64,000 bases of DNA from Amphiscolops sp. MND2022 (Eukaryota). Location of the stretch: the NCBI GenBank assembly GCA_964187785.1, contig OZ076409.1, forward strand, positions 51,274,001 to 51,338,000. Direction: 5' to 3'. Numbering within the stretch: position 1 is the stretch's first letter; every line of letters begins with the position of its first letter. Of this stretch, positions 33,401-36,400 are shown in pieces. Under the pieces are notes generated by a model, which saw only the letters and a program-made list of their open reading frames with translations, was not told the origin of the DNA and did no database searches. Made by a program: the position numbers and the translations under genes.

Positions 33401-36400
33401 GAAAATGAATGTGTGATCGTAATTCCCAGCTTCCCAAACAATGCCGTGTAGGTTGTCTGTTAACCAGGCGTAAGTCTTTTTATTTTCTTCTGCTAGTAGA
33501 GAAAATTTCACCGGCGGTTGCAAAAGAATAGTGTCTTGATAGTTGGCTCCTCTAACAGAAATCTCTTTGGGTATAAATTGTTGAGATTTGTGACGGAAAC
33601 CTTCAAAGTCTATAACTAAGAAATCAGAATTTATCATTTGAGCGAGTGATCAGCGAGAAGTTTTATGGCAGAATGATTGATTCTTCAATGGTCTGATACA
33701 ATTTGATGGCAACCAATAAAAATTAATACTGTCGCATTTGCATGAATGCTGAAAAGAGATATTTGAGGATAATCAAGACAACCAGCAATTGGAGCAAGCT
33801 GTTGTTGTCATAATAAAGGCAAAATGCTTCCTGTTTCTTCTCTGTGTTCAAAACTGAAGGTAATTTGACTAGAGTAGTTTCGATGTTTGAAGAATTCCAG
33901 AAACGGTCCAGGATAAGAAGTGTCATTGTCAACTATTTTTTCCGAAACGGTTAATACAAAATGAAGTTAACATTTGAGGTAACTGAATTCATCAGCAAAT
34001 GATTGTTTGAATTTCAAAGCCAATAGGAAACATTGGATTCTGCTTAGATGATGATAGCTGTGAAGACAATCTTCGATAGCGCGACCTGCCCAGACTCGTT
34101 CATAATTTTCAGCAATCAACCGAGTAGATTCGTGGATAACCGTGGCTAGCCTGTATACTTTTGACTTTTTGTAGACTTGGTTGATCCGTGGTATGATAAT
34201 TTTTGGTTGGAGGTGATTAATCTTGCCTGAAGGTGCCATTTCGTGACATAATGCCAAAACGTAGTTCCGAAAAATTAATCTTTCATCTTTTGTATAAATT
34301 TTTGCTGAAAGTGAGCGTTGTTCTTCGAGTCTTTTCAAATGTTCAATTGAACATTTGATGTAAACATTTTCCACGTGCATTTTCAGGTATACCATAAAAA
34401 CTTTTCACACCTTTTTCCACCATAAAGTTCCGGACATTCACACGCGACTGTTTGTTGCTCTTCTAGGTAATAGCAGTAACCACCATTCATGCAATAACCT
34501 GTAAATTCTTCTGAACAAGAGTCTGTATTGTTCCCACTGTTATTGGTCGTTTCGTTTTGAGAATTAGTAATTAATAATATTGGAGTTGTAAGAATTGCAA
34601 CAATAAACGTGAAGGTCAAAAGTACTACCCAAATCAATTGAGTCCCGCTCATATTATTACTATAGGGTCAACCGTCTCAGATAACTTTTACGAAAAGAAT
34701 GAATGATTGTTATATATGGAACCTTTTTGTACTAGTTGAGAAGGTCTCGTGGCAGAGTGGATAGATACTCTGATTTTCATCCCTGAGGTCCCCGGTTCGA
34801 ATCCGGGACTTGACAAAATTTTTGTAAAATTTCAAACCCCCCCGTGTTTAGCACGGTCCGGTAATAAATCCAACTACTGTTATTTTCTGAGAACCCAGTA
34901 GATACCTGCTTGCTCAAATAACTTCCCAAAAGCTGGCCATTAGAGCAACGATTCTCAAGTCATTTCAAGTTTCTGTGTTTCAAAAATTTATCGGAAAATA
35001 GATCGAAACGTTTTGAACAAAAAACATACAATAGTTGCCACGCCTGCAATTTTTATTTTGAGTTAACCAGGCTCTCATTACGTGGGCTTCGGCCTTAAAG
35101 AGTTTGTTCCATTTCACGATGTGCCTTGGATACGGTTGTTGAATAATGAGTTTTCTACTTTGATTTAATATGTGATATGTTATTTTCATCGTGGAATGGA
35201 TAAATTCAATTATTATTATTAAAATATAGTTTTCAATCAAAGATGGCTCTCACTATTGAATTAACGACAACACACGTAGCACAGCTTTTGCTATTGAAAT
35301 TTCCCAAAATCTGGTGTATTAGAGAGTTAAAATACTTCTATCGATAAATTGATTTTTAACAAGACGAGAACGTCTAAAGTCGGCGCCATATCTAAGGCTC
35401 AAAAAGCGCAAAACATTTTTTTGAAAAAAAATTTCTTTCAAAAAAGTCGCATAGTGCCAAAAAATGTAGAAGGGGGGACCCTTTGGGATTGATTAACATA
35501 CATTCAGTTGCAAAATATGAGAAAACTCGAAGGGGGGACCCTTTTGAGACATTAAAAATTTTTTCGAAAAAGTCTCACCGAGCCGAAAATACTCTAAGGA
35601 GGGCGTACCCTTTGGTCCCTTTGAGTTTCTAAGATGATGTAAAAATACTACTTCGCAAGTATTTTAAATTTGCCAAGTCAGAATTGTAAGATTTGTAAGA
35701 ATTGTAAGAAAAGTGGACCGATCAGTGTGAGGATTGTAGTCTGAAGAAAAAAAAGGTCACTGCTATAGTCGGGCATTTTTCCTTAAAAGGAAAACGCGCC
35801 GACTAAAAAACGCTCGGTTTATTCTAGGGCGACTATCAAATAATTCAGGTATTTCAAACAGTGATTTGACCACTCAGCGTAACTCAGCTATCGCTACCGA
35901 TAATGATTACAAGCGATAACTAGCTGTAGTTTAATAAATTGAACAGCTAAACTTTTCATTCCATTTTCTAGCTTAAATATTTTTCTGGTGGTCCCCAAAA
36001 AATAGAAAGCGGTTCCTTAATGTCAGAATATTGAGAAATCCTCTTTGATAGCGGTGTTCAAAATTAAGAAGTTACTGCATGAGTTTTTTGTTTATCTTCT
36101 GAATGCCAGAAATGAACAAAGCAATAATTGTTTCAGGAAAAAGGACTTCGCGAAAAAAAATGAAGGCAACAGCGGTAGCAAGCGATAGCGTTAAACTTGA
36201 GTAGCGATCAAATAATTGATGTGAAAACAACTGAACATCAGGACCAAATGTTTGATATTTCAAGTTGTCAAGAAATTGATCAATTTTTGTTTTGGAATTT
36301 AGCATTTGCCAACCCTGTAGAACACAAAGATCCAGATCTACTTCCGCTAGTCAAAACCGGGTAGTTAGTGGTTGATCTGGAAACCATATTTGGGTTGTAG

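Larger units (their letters stand above)
17283..34878 (-). mobile_element. Full-length Polinton/Maverick (endogenous double jelly-roll DNA virus), 17596 bp
   Basis: TIRs begin AGTAGT at 17283 and end ACTACT at 34878; identical 6-bp TSD GTTATT at 17277-17282 and 34879-34884; contains pPolB, rve integrase, ATPase, major and minor capsid and cysteine protease ORFs without internal stops. Confidence 0.97.

Noticed and set aside
34743-34815. Functional tRNA-Glu(TTC) gene
   Set aside because: The anticodon stem cannot pair and the acceptor stem has mismatches; kept only as a tRNA-derived RNA.
17283-34878. Bacterial prophage or contaminant contig
   Set aside because: It is flanked by a TSD within spliceosomal-intron-containing animal genes and has the eukaryotic Polinton gene set.
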